A DNA stretch of 64,000 nucleotides, from positions 1,052,156-1,116,155 of the forward strand of contig JAAOMT010000523.1 in NCBI GenBank assembly GCA_016748015.1, written 5' to 3'. Position 1 is the first letter of the stretch, and each line of letters begins with the position of its first letter. Made by a program: the position numbers and the translations under genes. Below are positions 1 through 13,600 of the stretch, in pieces. Under the pieces are notes generated by a model. The model did no database searches. It had not been told where the DNA came from and saw only the letters and a program-made list of their open reading frames with translations. This DNA comes from Geosiphon pyriformis uo1. Its lineage: Eukaryota; Fungi; Glomeromycota.

Positions 1-795
1 ATACTCTGAACTATGTAATATTTAAAAGTTTGCCGAAATTTATAGAAATTCACCGAAATAATTGATAGTTTACCGAAATATTTAATAGTTCGCAGAAATG
101 ACTTGTAGTTTGCCGAAATGTATCTTTAGTTCAGCAAAATTGTAGAAAATAGCAAAGTTCAAGTTCATAGAATAGTGTTATGACAAGTTGTATAAAAGAA
201 GAGCTTCTCTCTTCGAGAAAATGTATCTTACTTTAGATTTATCACTTAGAACCATTCTTACATACACAAAAAGAAATAAAAATCAAATAATTTGAAAAAA
301 CCAAATTTTTTAATTATTACACTTGGAAAATCCTCAAAACCCAATTAACGTTTTGAAATTGATTAGCTACCAATTTCAGTAAACTGTTAGTAACTCCAGG
401 CCTGGATAGAAAATGTTTTTCTTGACAAAATTCTATTTTTTTTTACATTTCTTTTATTTTCTTTTTTTTTCTTTTATTATTATAATCATTAGAGTAGCCT
501 ACAAACAAGATTCCTGTAGAAGAGTTGACTTTCACAGCAAAGTAACTACACATTTTTAGTGAGCTTCCAGATGAGCAATTCCTGAGAAAGAGTTGACGTT
601 TACTACAACGTAACTACATAAAGTAACTGGCAAGGAATTGGCCATTCCACTTATAAGCCCAGCAGTTCAAATTATAAGAGATAATTTGAAGATAAATTCA
701 GTTACTGGAGATTCAACCACATCCAGAAAACGTGAATTCACAGCAAATAAGTATCAACAACATTACAAAAAAGAGACCAAAAACCTCTGGTAACA
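1..795 (+). repeat. Family A LTR, cut by the window start; 3' or solo LTR inserted in LINE-1
   Basis: Colinear with the LTRs at 9662, 31828, 40730 and 49655 (20-bp TTCGCCGAAAT array, TATAAAAGAAGAGCTTCTCTCTTC, end ...CCTCTGGTAACA at 795). No PBS follows; LINE RT codons resume at 796. Confidence 0.93.
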
Positions 796-3156
796 GCGGA
801 TGCCTTTGTTGATGATACTATTTGGGTTGGCAGCAGTCAAAGTGCTACACAACACATTCTTAACATTGCTAGTGAATTTTTCAGTATCAATGACATCTCA
901 ATTAATAATGATAAGTCTGTTGCCATTCCCATTAATTGTGATAGTACGGCTTCCTCTTTGCTGATCAGTGGGTCACCTATTTCTATCGCCAAGAAGGAGA
1001 AATCGCATCACTATTTGGGGATCTATTTGTCAACTGAGGGTCTTTCGAAGCCTAGCTTGGCTAAGGTGCATTCTGATGTCTGGTTTTTTTCTAATTTAGT
1101 CCTGAGAAAGACAGTGGTCCTCTTTCCTATTATTGAATATAGAACACAGTTCAGTTACGTTCCTATTAATGCTTGTGGAAAGTGGGACACTTTGATTCAT
1201 AAGGGCTTGAAATTTAAGTCTGGTTTGCCACGTGATTTTCACAATAATGCGATTCATTATCTCTCTCTGTATAGTTTGAAGACTTTTGAACAGGTTCAAG
1301 CTAAGAGCAAGATGGCTTTGGTCATTTCCTTCGCGAACTCTGTTGGGATTTTGGAGCATCTATTTTCTCACTGGTCACATGATCTTCAGGTCCTCTGCTG
1401 GCGCCCGCTACATCTTTTGCAGTGTCCAGTTCGTGTCAAAGTCAATTCTCTAAACAATTTTCTGGTGGGTGTGGTGCATATTTTCTCTGGGTGTGATTTG
1501 TCATTGGGTGGCTTTCTGACTAGTGCTTTTCGTCGTCGGGGTGAAACTCCTATGTCTTTTGTTCTTGGTGAATCAAATTATGTCAAGAGTGTCTTGTCAC
1601 TTCGACATTATGAGATTGCTTTTGTAGACCAGCTATGAAACCGAAATGGGGCTGTTTTTGAGTGGAAGACCTTCAAACAATGGAAGTGGTTAGACTCACA
1701 TAGTCCGGTTCCTGTCTGGTTTGAGCTGTTGGTTCATTTTCTTGGTGGCATGTTTTCTCTTCCTGTCTACTCCACGCTTTTGGCTGATTGTGGCTCTTCG
1801 GATGTTCTTCAGTCTCATGAGTTTGGCATTATTGGCGCCGGTTTATTCAATTCTAATGTTGGTCATCTTTCTGTTTACACAAATGGATCTCTAAGTAATT
1901 TAGGGACTGTTGATATGAAAGCTGGGGCTGCTGTTTTCTTTGAGAACATTGGTATGGGTTTGGGTGTGGGGGTATCTGGTTTAATGTTTTTTATCTTGAC
2001 GGAACTGCAGACTATTGCTTTGGCACTTGAGTGCGTCCTTTTTTCTCGCTCAGTCGACTTGTTCTCAGACAGTCAGGCTGCTTTGAATGCTTGCAAGTTG
2101 GAAATGGAATTGGTTTGCCCAGATTTTAGGAATTGGTGTTGGATTGAATGCCACCATATTGTTAATGTCATTCATCGTAAGAATTTAAAAGTTAATTGGT
2201 GTAAGGTAAAAGGACACTCAGGGATTTTAGGCAATGAACAAGCTGATAAATTGGCCAGGGCTGCAGCTCTCTCTGGTTGGCATCTGCCTCATTCTGTTGA
2301 TAAACACTATCTTAGAGGTGGGGGAGCAGCCATTTCTGGTAATTTTAGACATTTTGTTCGGGATATTTTTCGGTCAGTTTATCGTGCACATTGGAAAATC
2401 AGTTGTGGTATAAGGGTGATGGCAGATAGTCTGCACACAGATATTGATTGGTTTAGGTCGTCACTGGTTTGGCATCCGGATTCTCACATGGCTGCTGGCT
2501 TCATTAGTAAGTGGACTGCTGGCTTCCAGACTTACTTTATGAAGGCATTGCACCATTGGCTTCCTGTTGCTGTGCATAAGCGGCTTTATGATAAGCAATA
2601 TCCCAGTGTGACGTGTTTGTTTTGCAGTGATGTCGAGGTCTCAGACCATGTGTTTTCTTGTTCATTTGATGCCAATGATCGTGCTCAGTTGTTGGACACT
2701 TATGCAGCAGTTTGGGGTGTGCGCTCCAGTTTGGCTCATTCTTTCTCAGGTGTCTCGCAGCTAATATCTACTTGTGTATTTGACATTTTAGTTAGTACTG
2801 CTCTATGCAAAGGTTTTGTTTTCAAGGATTGGTTTCGTGAGTCTGTTTCTGTCTTTAAGGATTCCAGGATAGTGGATCAGACCATTGTGGCCTTTGTGTG
2901 TGAGTTTAGCTTGGCTTTTTGGAAAGACATTTGGTTGGTTTGTGCCAAGTACTGTGCTTTTATGGAAAAAAATAGGCTTATTCCGTGCAATGGGTCAGTT
3001 TCTGTCTCAATTTCTGGGCTTTCTTTAGGGCTGTCATCTGATGTGACTCGGCTGCTGGGTGTTGCTGAGACGATTGGTGTTGGTTTTGGATTCCATAAGT
3101 CTTGTTTGTTTTTTTCAGGCATAGGGAATAAGGTTTCTGTTCATATAGGTGCTTAG
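796..3156 (+). pseudogene. LINE-1 ORF2 C-terminal part (RT thumb, RNase H, zinc finger)
   Basis: ORFs 958-1638 and 1729-3156 are in one frame, split by TGA at 1636. RNase H motifs VYTNGS, TELQTIALAL, SDSQAAL, KVKGHSGILGNEQADKLA; finger CLFCSDVEVSDHVFSC. Confidence 0.9.
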
Positions 3157-3289
3157 TGTTGTTCTGATTGGTCCGAGTGGCTGGTCACGTGTAGATAATG
3201 CATGATTCACACCTAGTTTAGATCATTTATATGATGTATTGCACTAGGCAGTATTTGGACTTCGCTCATTAAATGTTAATAAAAAAAAA
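796..3289 (+). mobile_element. LINE-1: 3' part of a non-LTR retrotransposon with RNase H
   Basis: RT motif AFVDDTIW right after the LTR, then RNase H and a C-terminal CxxC-x7-HxxxC finger. Short 3' UTR ending AATAAA plus poly(A) at 3281-3289. Confidence 0.92.
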
Positions 3290-3695
3290 TTATATTTATT
3301 AATATGTTTTTATATATAATTAAATATGAAATTATAATATAAATAATATTATATGTAATAAATAGATTAATTTAGCAATTTCTTAATTATATTATATTAT
3401 AATAATTAATAATCAAATTATGTATAAAATTAATTGGTTTAAATATTACAGATTTGATATTATTAAAAACAATATATATCTTTTTATATTAATTTTTAAA
3501 AACAATTTTTTGCTTAATATTATAAATAAATTATTATTAAAAGCTTTAGACAGCAATATTTAAAGAACTAAAAAAAATATAATATAATAGCCAATTAAAA
3601 AAATTTATATATTTATTTAAATACTAAATAATTTTAATTAAATATTTGTATTATTAATATATATAAACACATAATTTAAAAAAAAAAAAAAAAAA
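3290..3695. other. Extremely AT-rich spacer ending in an A-tract (about 3678-3695)
   Basis: Almost no G or C and no ORF. Lies between the LINE-1 poly(A) tail and the LINE-2 5' end. Confidence 0.7.
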
Positions 3696-3838
3696 CTTCT
3701 TTTCTTTTGTTTATCCCAAATTCCCAAAAAAGAGCTGAAAAAAAGTTGTTTACTATTCAGCATGCTAAATTCAAACCATCTTTGCTTGATTACAAAACCA
3801 CCATTGGTTTTAGTATTGCTGTTCTAAATAAGTCTATT

Positions 3839-5626
3839 ATGGAACCTGGTTTTAACATTAGTGTTAAGTCTGCTGAACCTAAAAAAAAGAAAAGAAGTGG
3901 TGCTTTGGAAGATAACATTAATAATCAGAAATTTGCTACTGTTAAGATGTCAAATAGTCATTCTTGGAATTCTGAAACTGGTGATACTATTGAATCTAAA
4001 AGTGTGAACATAAAAGAAGAGTGTTTGGTTAAGGAAACCAGCTTTGATTATAAAGATAATAGAGCTTTCACTAGAAAAAACTTAAAACATACACCTAAGA
4101 GTTCAAAAAAAACTATTACCAAAAGAGTGCTAGAAAAACTGCTAAGAAAAATTAGCTTTTTGAATAATAATAATAATGACATACTGTTAGACAAACCTGT
4201 GGTTTTTCTTCCCCTTTTGAAAAATTTGGTCAATGTTTCTGTTAGGAAATCTTTCACTCTGGACATCAGTTTGAACAATATTGTTAGGAAGTCTGCTCAG
4301 AAAAAACTTGTGGTTGTTAGGAAGTTATTTTCAAAAATCAATAGTTTTGAGAAGGCTTCTATTCCCTCAAAATTTGCTGGAATCATTAGAACAATGTTCA
4401 CTTCCAAATCAAGTTTGGCACAGGCTTCCAAAAAGACTGAAGAAATGAAAATCCTGGTAAACACCAATCTTAAGAAGTCTTCTGGGCACTCAGATTGGAC
4501 TGTGGTAGTAAAAAAAATTCTTGTTAGAATTTTGGCTAAGACAGTACACACTGTGCTATCCGAGTTTGGCATAATTAGGTCAATTAAAATGCAATTGGTG
4601 GGACTGTGACAAAAAGCAGTGGTTGAGTTTGAACAGGTTGATCATGTTGATTTGGTTACAGCAAAATAATCTATTCTAATTGGGAAAAATGTAATGCATG
4701 TTGCTAGATCTAATATGAACAAAGAAACCTGGGACATAAAAGATATTTACAGGGCTCTTTTGTACACTTTACCAATGGGAACCAATGTGCATAATATTTG
4801 GAATTATGTTAATTTAGTGGATGGAAAAACATGCACAATCAATCATCATTCTGTTACCTATGCCTGAGCCAGATGTGCTGTTGTTTGTTTCGAATCAGCT
4901 GAATTCTTGGATGCTGTCATGGACACTACTCTAGTTTTGAAAGGTGTAAATCTGCGTTGGTTTCATTTGGGTTTTTCTAAATGTGCTGAGTATGAGAAAA
5001 TAAGTCATATGTCTTTGAGTTGTTCTGTGGGTGGGAATTTTTCTTTCAGAAAATCTCCTCATAAATTACTTTCAGATGTGAATAAAAGCAGATTGGCAAC
5101 CATCTATGCTAAACATTTGGCTCCTGTTGCTCATTCTATTGCTTTTGGTGAAGTTTTTTGGGCAAAAATTGCTGGCAGTTCTTTTTTCTCTCCTCTTCCT
5201 GTGTGAAATGTGTCAGTCAATTCTGGCTTTTCTTTGGAGATGAAGTCTATCTTCCCTGTTATAAGTGATGTAGAAAAAAAGTTTGCTGTTTTGGAGAGCA
5301 GTTTTGCCAGCCTCGTGGGACAAATTGGTGAGTTGGCTAAGAGGTTGGACTTATTTGTGCCAGCAGTTTTCCAGCCTAGCCCTGGATGTCAGCTGCTAGT
5401 AACTCTTTTATCACAGAATCAGGTGGGTGGTGTAGTGATGGAAGAGGATTTAGGTAAGGCCACAAGTAATGAGACTGTTGTGATTTTGGATTTTTCTGCT
5501 TCTCCTGAGGTAAAAAGATTAGAAAACATGTTGGAAGGACTTTCTACTTCAGTTCTAAGTCTAACAGTAAGATTTGATGGTTCTATTTTGGCTGGTGGTG
5601 CATTTCCCAAACCTCTTTCTCAATGA
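3839..5626 (+). pseudogene. LINE-2 ORF1 (RRM-like region, decayed CCHC knuckle, coiled coil)
   Basis: ORFs 3707, 4907 and 5210 share one frame, broken by stops. RRM-like VLSEFGIIRSIKMQLVGL*QKAVVEFE; knuckle CAEYEKISHMSLSC. Confidence 0.8.
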
Positions 5627-8600
5627 CCAGTCTAGTATGAAAGATTGCCACATGCAATATTAGAGATATGAATAATTCTGCAAAACAAGATGACATAATT
5701 TGTTGGCATAAAGAAATGAACAATTTGATTTCTGTTGTTACTAAGACTAAGTTGAAGGGCAAAATTCACTCATAGATCATGAATAAATTTGATGGTGTTT
5801 GGGTTTTCACTTCTGGTTTGGACTCTGGTTATTTGGATTCTGGTGTTGCAATTATTATGGACAATTCTTTGGCAAGACATATGTGTTAAGTTTCCAAAGT
5901 TTTTAGTCGACTCCTCTCTCTCAAATTACTCTTCAAAAATAATCTTTTTGTGTCAATTTTGGGACTTTATGCTGGTGCTTCATCAGTGGTTTGGTTCTTT
6001 CAAGCTGGTAAAATCAACTCTTTCATTGCAAAAGTGGTAAATGAATCCTCTTTTGTTATTCTGAGTGGTGATTTCAATAAAGACAGTGCCCAAAAGTGTG
6101 CTAGCTTCAAAAAATGCTTTGATTTAGGTTTAGTTGATTCTCTAAGAGGAAGTTCATTCATTAAGATGTTTACATGGACCAATTCTCATGGTGTTGCTAA
6201 AGCTCTTAATTATATTCTCATTTCTTCAAGTTTGGTCAATGCTGTAATAGATGGTAGTGTAACTGATGTTGTGAACTATTTTAATACTGATCACAGAACT
6301 GTTGCTGTCTCTGTGGGTCTAGGTGGTTTGTTGGATGTGCAATTGCTTTTACTTAGAAAACAAGCTAATAAGGATTGTTGGAAGTTTGATGTCAAAAATG
6401 CCAATATTGCAAAATGGTGCAAGTTCAAAGATGCCATGGCAGCTAATGTCATTATGTTTTTGGATGAATTTGCTAGAGCTGTAATATTATTGGATTTGGA
6501 TGCAATGTGGACTGTTGTTTGCAAAATATTGGTTTTTTCTGCTGATAGTACTTTCAGAAAAAAATGGTTCAAGGGTTTTAATAGTGTTTTTATCAAAGAG
6601 TCTTCTAAGTTTCATAAACTTGAGTTGTTGGTATCAAAGTTAATAAAGGCTTCTCGTTCAGCTTCTAGTAAGGATTTTGCTTTATTATTAGAGACTTAGA
6701 ATAGACTTGATAATAGTGGTACGGTAGAAGTGAAATCTCTTTTTATTTCTGGTTTTAGTTTTGATGCTGTTCATTCTAAGCTGGCTAAGGCAAGAAAATC
6801 TTATTGATCTTCCAAATTGTTAGAATCAAAATGTGCTAAGGAGTTTCACATCAAACAGGCAATTTGTATGAAAATAGAAAATTTTGAGTTGGACAAGAGT
6901 TATACCATTAGGAGTGTGTTGGAGTGTCCCTTTTGTAAGGTGGTATTGGATCATTTAGTTGTAGATAAGGAGTTGGTCTTGAAGTCTGAGTTGGTCAAAT
7001 TTAAGATAGATACAATTATGAAAAGCTAGACTAGAAGATGTCAGAAGGTCAATGATATTGCCAATAATTGGAGCCATTAATATCAACCTTTGGAGTATGT
7101 TTTTAATGAAGCTTTTTTTGGTGTGATGTGTTCAATTGGATTTGATGAATTATATGAGGTGGTTTCTAATTTGCCTAATGGCAAAACTGCTGGCTTTTTA
7201 GATATCTCGAATGAACTATGAAAGCATTGTGATAAATCAGTTCTTAATCTGCTTTTGGTGCTTTTGAACTCTTGTTTAGCTTGTAAATTTGTACTTGGTT
7301 CTTAGAAAAAAGCTTGGGTCTTAATAATTCCTAAGCCTTATGAATAAGAGGGTGTTCTGATGAATACCTGTCTTATTGTTTTAATTGAGACAGCTTATAA
7401 AGTTCTTTTTAAAATTCTCTCTGATAGAATTTTTTCAGCATGCAGTGCTTTCAATGTTTTTTGTGGTGACAACTTTTCAGTTTTAAAGAACACATTAACT
7501 CAGTCTCTCATTTTTGCAATTAGTTCAGTTATTAAGGATGCTTTGGAAAAGAATAGGGAGCTTTGGTTGGTTTTGCAGGACATGCAGAAAGCATATGATT
7601 CAGTTGGTTGGGAACATCTTGAGAAGAACTTGGTTAGGATTAAGATGTACAGAAAATTCATTCAATTCTTTGGTAGTATTCATAAAGGTCATATTAATAA
7701 GGTTATGACAGATTTTGGTTTGACAAATAGTTATCGTGTGCATAATGGTTTGGATCAAGGAGAAGTTTTTTCCCCTCTTCTATGGTGCATATTTTATGAT
7801 CCTCTGTTATGTAAAGTTAAGTGTCAAAAAAGTGTGTGTGGATATAGGCTGATTTCCCATTCTGTTTTCAAGAGTGGTTGTGCTGAATCTCAGGTTGGGC
7901 TTTCTTCTTTTTTTGCTACTGGCGCATTCATTAACAATACAATTTGGATTGGTAGCAGTTAGAGTGCTACTCAGCATATTCTTAATTTTGTTAGTGATTT
8001 CTTTCAAATTAATGACATTTCAATCAACAGTAACAAAACAGTGGTCATTTCTATTAATAGCAGAGTTAGTACTCTCTCTCTTTCTATTAGTGGCATTTCC
8101 ATTTCTATAACTAAAAAGAGTAAATCTCATCAGTATCTGGGTATTTTTCTTTTGACTGAAGGTTTTTCAAAGCCTAGTTTGGCTAAAACACATTCAGATG
8201 TTCACTTCTTTATCAATTTGGTTTTAAGAAAGGCAGTTTCAAATAAGCAGTTTTTATATTTGGTGTTGGCAATGTTTTATTCTATAGTCAGTTATAGGAT
8301 GCAGTTTAGTTTTGTTCTGGTTGGTGTGTGCAACAAGTGGGATGCTCTGGTTTGTAAAGAGCTAAAGATCAAGTCTGGTCTGCCTCTGGACTTTCCAAAT
8401 AACACTATTTACTACCCCTTTTTTTATGATTTGAAATTTTTTGTGCAGATTCAGTCTGAGAGTAAGATTGCTTTTCTTGTTAGCTTTGCAAACTCTGGTG
8501 GGATTTTAGGTCATTTGTTTTTTCACAAATCTCATGATTTGCAAGTTCTTTGTTGGCATTCTGTTCATCTTTTGTGTTGGTGCTTCTAATAATTTCTTAG

Positions 8601-9661
8601 TGGGCATGGTTCGTATTCTTTATGATTGTAGTTTGTTTATTGGTGGCTCTTTGGCCAATCTTTTTCATGGTTGTAGTGGAGTTTCTATGTCTGTTGCTCT
8701 TGGCAAGTTGATATTTTCAAGTTTTTTTTTTCTCTTTGATATTATAGTATTGCATTTGTGGATCAACTTTGTGATCATCATGGCACTGTTTTTGATTGGT
8801 ACACATTTAAGTGATAGAAGAGACTGGATCTCTGTGAGCCTGTTCCTGAATGGTTTAGACTCTCCACTGCATTTCTCAATAATATGGATTTGTCTTCAAC
8901 TCTTCTTTCAGCATCAAGTAGTGTTGGTTCTCTAAACGTTCTTGGCTCTGGTGGTTTTATGTCTGTATGTGATCATCTGTCTTGGGTTGGTACTAATAGT
9001 TTATCTGTATACACGGATGGGTTTCTAAGAGGTTTGGGCACCATTAGCTGTAGGGCTGGTGCTGCTGTTTTTTTTGAAGACATTGATTTGGGTTTGAGCA
9101 TTAATGTATCAGATTTGATGTTATCTACTTTGGCTGAAATGCATGCTATTGCATTGGCTTTGGAGTGTGTTTTTTTGGCTAGCTCTGTTTGCATGTTTTC
9201 AGATAGTCAATTTGCTTTGGATGCTTGCAAATCAGAATTGGTTTTGGCACATCCCAATTTTTGTAATCAGTGTTGGGTCAAGCATCACCACATAGTTAAT
9301 ATTATTTACAGTAAAAATTTAATTGTTAGTTGGCACAAGGTAAAAGTTCACTCTGACATTCCGAAAAATAACTGTGCTGATTCACTTGCTGGTGATGTGT
9401 TTATTTCTGAGTGGTTTCTTTTACCTCATCTGGATGAACATTTTTTGGTGGCTAATGATGGTATTGTTTTTGGTAACTCTAGGCATTTTGTTCATAATGT
9501 TTATTGATCTGTCTGTTATGTGCACTGAGAGATTGGTTTCGGCTCAAAGTTTTTGCCTTATGATTTGTTTTCTGAGGTTGATTGGCATCAGTTCTTGCTG
9601 GTATAACATCCTGATTTGCACATTGCTGCTAATTATACCAGCAAAGCCTTGGCTAATGCAC
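5623..9661 (+). pseudogene. LINE-2 ORF2 (APE endonuclease, RT, RNase H)
   Basis: APE: KIATCNIR, GDFN, TDH. RT: QDMQKAYDSV, GLDQGEVFSPLLW, decayed AFINNT. RNase H: VYTDG, SDSQ. Confidence 0.9.
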
Positions 9662-10647
9662 TGTTACCAAATGAAATTAGAGATATTGTTTAGCATGAAA
9701 TTACCTTTATAAATCTTATCATTAATTAGCATATATTATCATTTTAAATTATCACTTATTACATTAGCAAAATATCTGAAATTATCATTTAATTAATAAC
9801 CCAATTTGTACATAACACAAATGTAACCTAATTGTAATAATCAATCATGCAATACCCCGAACTATGTAACATGCAAAAAGTTTGTTGAAATTTGTAAGAA
9901 ATTTGCCAAAATAATTGATAGTTCACCAAAATATCTAATAGTTTGCAGAAATAACTTGTAGTTCGCCGAAATGCATCTTTAGTTCAACAAAATTATAGAA
10001 AATAGTAAAGTTCAAGTTCATAGAATAGTGTTACGACAAGTTGTATAAAAGAAGAGCTTCTCTCTTCAAGAAAATATATCTTACTTTAGATTTTATTACT
10101 TAGAACCATTCCTACATACACAAAAAAAAGAAATAAATATCAAATAATTCAAAAAAACCAAATTCTTTAATTATTGCACTTGGAAAATCCCCAAAACCCA
10201 ACTAACGTTTTGAAATTGATTAGCTACCAATTTCAGTAAACTGTTAATGACTCCAGGCCTGAATAGAAAAACGTTTCTCTTAATAAAATTCTATTTCTTT
10301 TACATTTCTTTTATTTTTCTTTTCTTTTCTTATTACAATCATTAGAGTAGTCTATAGACGAGATTCCTATAGAAGAGTTGACTTTCACAGCAAAGTAACT
10401 ACACATTTTAGTGAGCTTCTAGACAAGCAATTCCTGGGAAAGAGTTGATGTTTACTACAACATAACTATACAAAGTAACTGGCACAGAATTGGCCATTCC
10501 ACTTATAAGCCCAGCAGCTAAAATTATAGGAGATAATTTGAGGATAGATTCAGTTATCAGAGGTTCAAACACTTTCCATAGTCATGAATTAACAGCATTA
10601 CAACAAACATATAAAAGCTAAAAGGAGACCAAAAACCTCTGGTAACA
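9662..10647 (+). repeat. A1 5' LTR
   Basis: TGTTACCA...TGGTAACA inverted termini, followed by TT and a PBS. Confidence 0.93.
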
Positions 10648-10649
10648 TT

Positions 10650-10667
10650 TGGTGCTCTCCTACAGAA
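10650..10667 (+). promoter_or_regulatory. Primer-binding site, family A (also 32814-32831 and 41715-41732)
   Basis: TGGTGCTCTCC... 2 nt after the LTR. Three-copy consensus TGGTGCTCTCCCAC(A/G)GAA is complementary to a tRNA ending ...GGAGAGCACCA; the tRNA is not identified. Confidence 0.85.
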
Positions 10668-10692
10668 ACAACACAACAAAAACAACTTTAAA

Positions 10693-13600
10693 GTGGCGAC
10701 CACACCAGACGCAACAACTCTAGAGTATTACCAATTGATTTACACCCACTGCAAGCAAAGATTCAACATTCCAGATGGAATTGAAGTTGTCAAAAAATCA
10801 GTATACCAATACATTAAAAACTGCATTAACAATTATCTTCTTAGAAATTACAATATCTTAGAAGTTAGAAGCAACCTTTATAATAATTTAGTACACTATT
10901 CACAGTTGGAACTGAAGACCTTAACAGTGAAATACTTGCCACTTACTTTTAAGAACTTAATTTTAACATTATCAAGTACTGTAAAGAAATATATCCAATG
11001 CAGTCTCAATACTCTATTGATTTTGAATTAGAGACAGAAACAAGCAACAAAGACAAACAAAAATTGAAGCAATACTCAAAAACCACTCCAAATACTCCAA
11101 TACTACCAAAAACAACTGCCAAACACTTACAAACATCTGAACAAAGAACCAGTTCAAAACTTCTACTTACAATCACACCTTTCCCAGTTTCACTTGCACA
11201 AGCACAAACACCTAATTCACCCTTAAATTGATTTGCAAGACTAGAAGATTTTACATCATTCAGAAGTCCCACCAGACAACAAGAACCCTTTCAAACTAGT
11301 TCCAATCTCCTTGACTTTCTAGCTAAAAATTGAAGTGAACACTCTGAGACAGCAGTAAACAAAGAAAATGACTCTGAAATATCTGAAGAAGAATTAACAG
11401 ACAGTGAAAACAAAGAAAACAAAATGACAGCATACATCACAAAAATTTCTGAATTCAATAGAGAAGACATTGAGACCAGTCCCCAAGAATGGCTTGACCA
11501 AGTTACTAAAGCTGGAGATGCAAATGGATGGAATGCTGCCAGAATGTTAAGAACAATTCCCTACTTTCTCAAAAGAACAACAGGCGAATGGTTCAAAAAC
11601 TTGACCACCCTTTTTAATGACTGGACAGCTTTCAAAACTGCCTTTTTAGAACAATTTACCAATAACAACACTTCAATCACACTTTGAAATCGTTTTCGCA
11701 ATATCAAACAAGAACCCTCTAAATCTGTCATGACTTATATTGGGAAATTCAATAAACTTCTCAGACAAATTTGCCAACTTGAAACTAATGATTATTATTC
11801 CAATGCTCAAATCTTGGATCAATTTATTGCTGGTTTAAAGGATAAACTGATTAAGAAAGTTTGCTTACATGCCTCAGAAGATTTAAACTCTGCCATTCAG
11901 CATGCAAAAAGATATAAAATGGCCATGGAAGAAGCCAATTGTACAAAGCTTGTAAACTTAGCCATTGGAGAGATTAGCTCAGCAGCTGAAAAGAAAATTG
12001 ACCAACTCACAAAAAAAATCAAAAACTATTTCACCAACCAACAACAACAGCAATCCCAAAGATATCAACCACCCCAAAGACAGAATCAAAACAACTTCAC
12101 ATCATCCTCTAATAACCAGCCTCAGAGTTGTCATTACTGTGAAATTCCTGGCCACTGGAAAAAAGATTGCAGAAAGCTACAATAAGACCAACAAAATAGA
12201 AGTAATCAATGTTACCTTCTACCACAGCAATCTTATTATCAACCACTACCACCAGCTTACTATCCACCAAGACTTCAATACCAAAGTAACTATTATCAGC
12301 CTGCCCCATAGCCAATCTAACAGCAATACTAACAACCACCCACACAATATTATCAAGTACCTGCTCGAAGATTGATTCCGCAAAATCAATTCACACCACA
12401 AAACTGATACCAAGTAAACAACAATAGAATCAATTCGAACAACCAATTGGTTCTCTGAAATTCAGCTCAACCAAGACCCAACCACTATCATACTCAAACT
12501 AGTTATCTTATGATGTCAGAAGAACAGGATTTTCATCATACTACACTCTCAGAAGGTAGAGATATAGCACAACAACAAAACTCTTTCTATACTCCTATCA
12601 CAATCCCACTAGCCAGAATTGCTGAAAATGCCAACCTTTCAGATATATTTCCTTTTGAATTTGAAGCAAATAAATCACCATTTTTGCTTAGCAATGCAGC
12701 AGCTAATAAGCAAAAAGCCATCACTGCAATGTACACAGAAGCTGAAGTAGAAAAAAAACCAATTTGCTTGATCCTAGACAGTGGATCCGCCAGAAGCATC
12801 ATCACATATCAATTGATGCAACAGCTAAAGAGAAACGTTAACCAATGTTACTTATAGAAATATAGAAAATATATTAGCATACTTATTAGCCAATCAGAAG
12901 TAAGTGTAGTAAATGTGGAATTCCAGGATTCCTTCCAGGAATTGCAGAATTCCAGGAATTTCAGGATTCCCCGATGAGGAATTGCAGAATTCCAGAATTC
13001 CTCTCAAAAAAATCGCAGAATTCCAGGAATTCCAGAATTCCTGTCGTGAAGAATCAAGAAATTGAGGAATTTCAATTATGTATATATAGTGGTAGTGTTA
13101 GAAACAGAAAAGACAGAATCGATATGACAGAATTCTTAGCCTAAAAACAAAATCATCAAATAAATAATTATTTCATATCTCAATTCACTCTTTACTATTA
13201 ACACTTTATGTTGATAGTAATTGATACTTAACCATGCTGGAACAATAGCTTTTGATCACGGCTATTAATGAGATACTAACGTACCAAATTGTCTTGGCTT
13301 ATTTCCTCTATTTTCTTACTTTATTTTCTTTATTTTATTTTTTTTCTTTCTTTAATTTTGTTGTATACTAATTGAGTAAAAGAATTAAGTGCTGAGTTAT
13401 TGACATCAAGGATAGCCTGGTAAAAGACCCAGAAATAAGGGTAAGATTTTATATATTATTGGATAGCTTACCAGAAGGGCATGACTGCCAGACTAAATCC
13501 AGTCACCACACTGAGAAAAAAATTGGGAAAACTCATGGAAAGATTACATCTACTATTGACACTATTGAATCTCTGTTCATTATACAAAGGACTCCACAAC

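Larger units (their letters stand above)
3696..9661 (+). mobile_element. LINE-2: near full-length non-LTR retrotransposon; 3' end missing after the A1 insertion
   Basis: ORF1 plus ORF2 (APE, RT, RNase H), homologous to LINE-1. Interrupted at 9662 by the TGTTACC start of an A LTR. The 5' boundary is approximate. Confidence 0.9.

Noticed and set aside
3290-3695. AT-rich tract as an origin, centromere core or organellar insertion
   Set aside because: No diagnostic motif; terminally decayed repeat DNA is the simpler explanation.
12917-13075. GGAATTCC-rich repeats (also 20420-20585, 23560-23725) and the 20-bp A-LTR array as CRISPR arrays
   Set aside because: They lie inside LTRs, recur with the same intervening sequence in each LTR copy, and have no unique spacers or cas genes.
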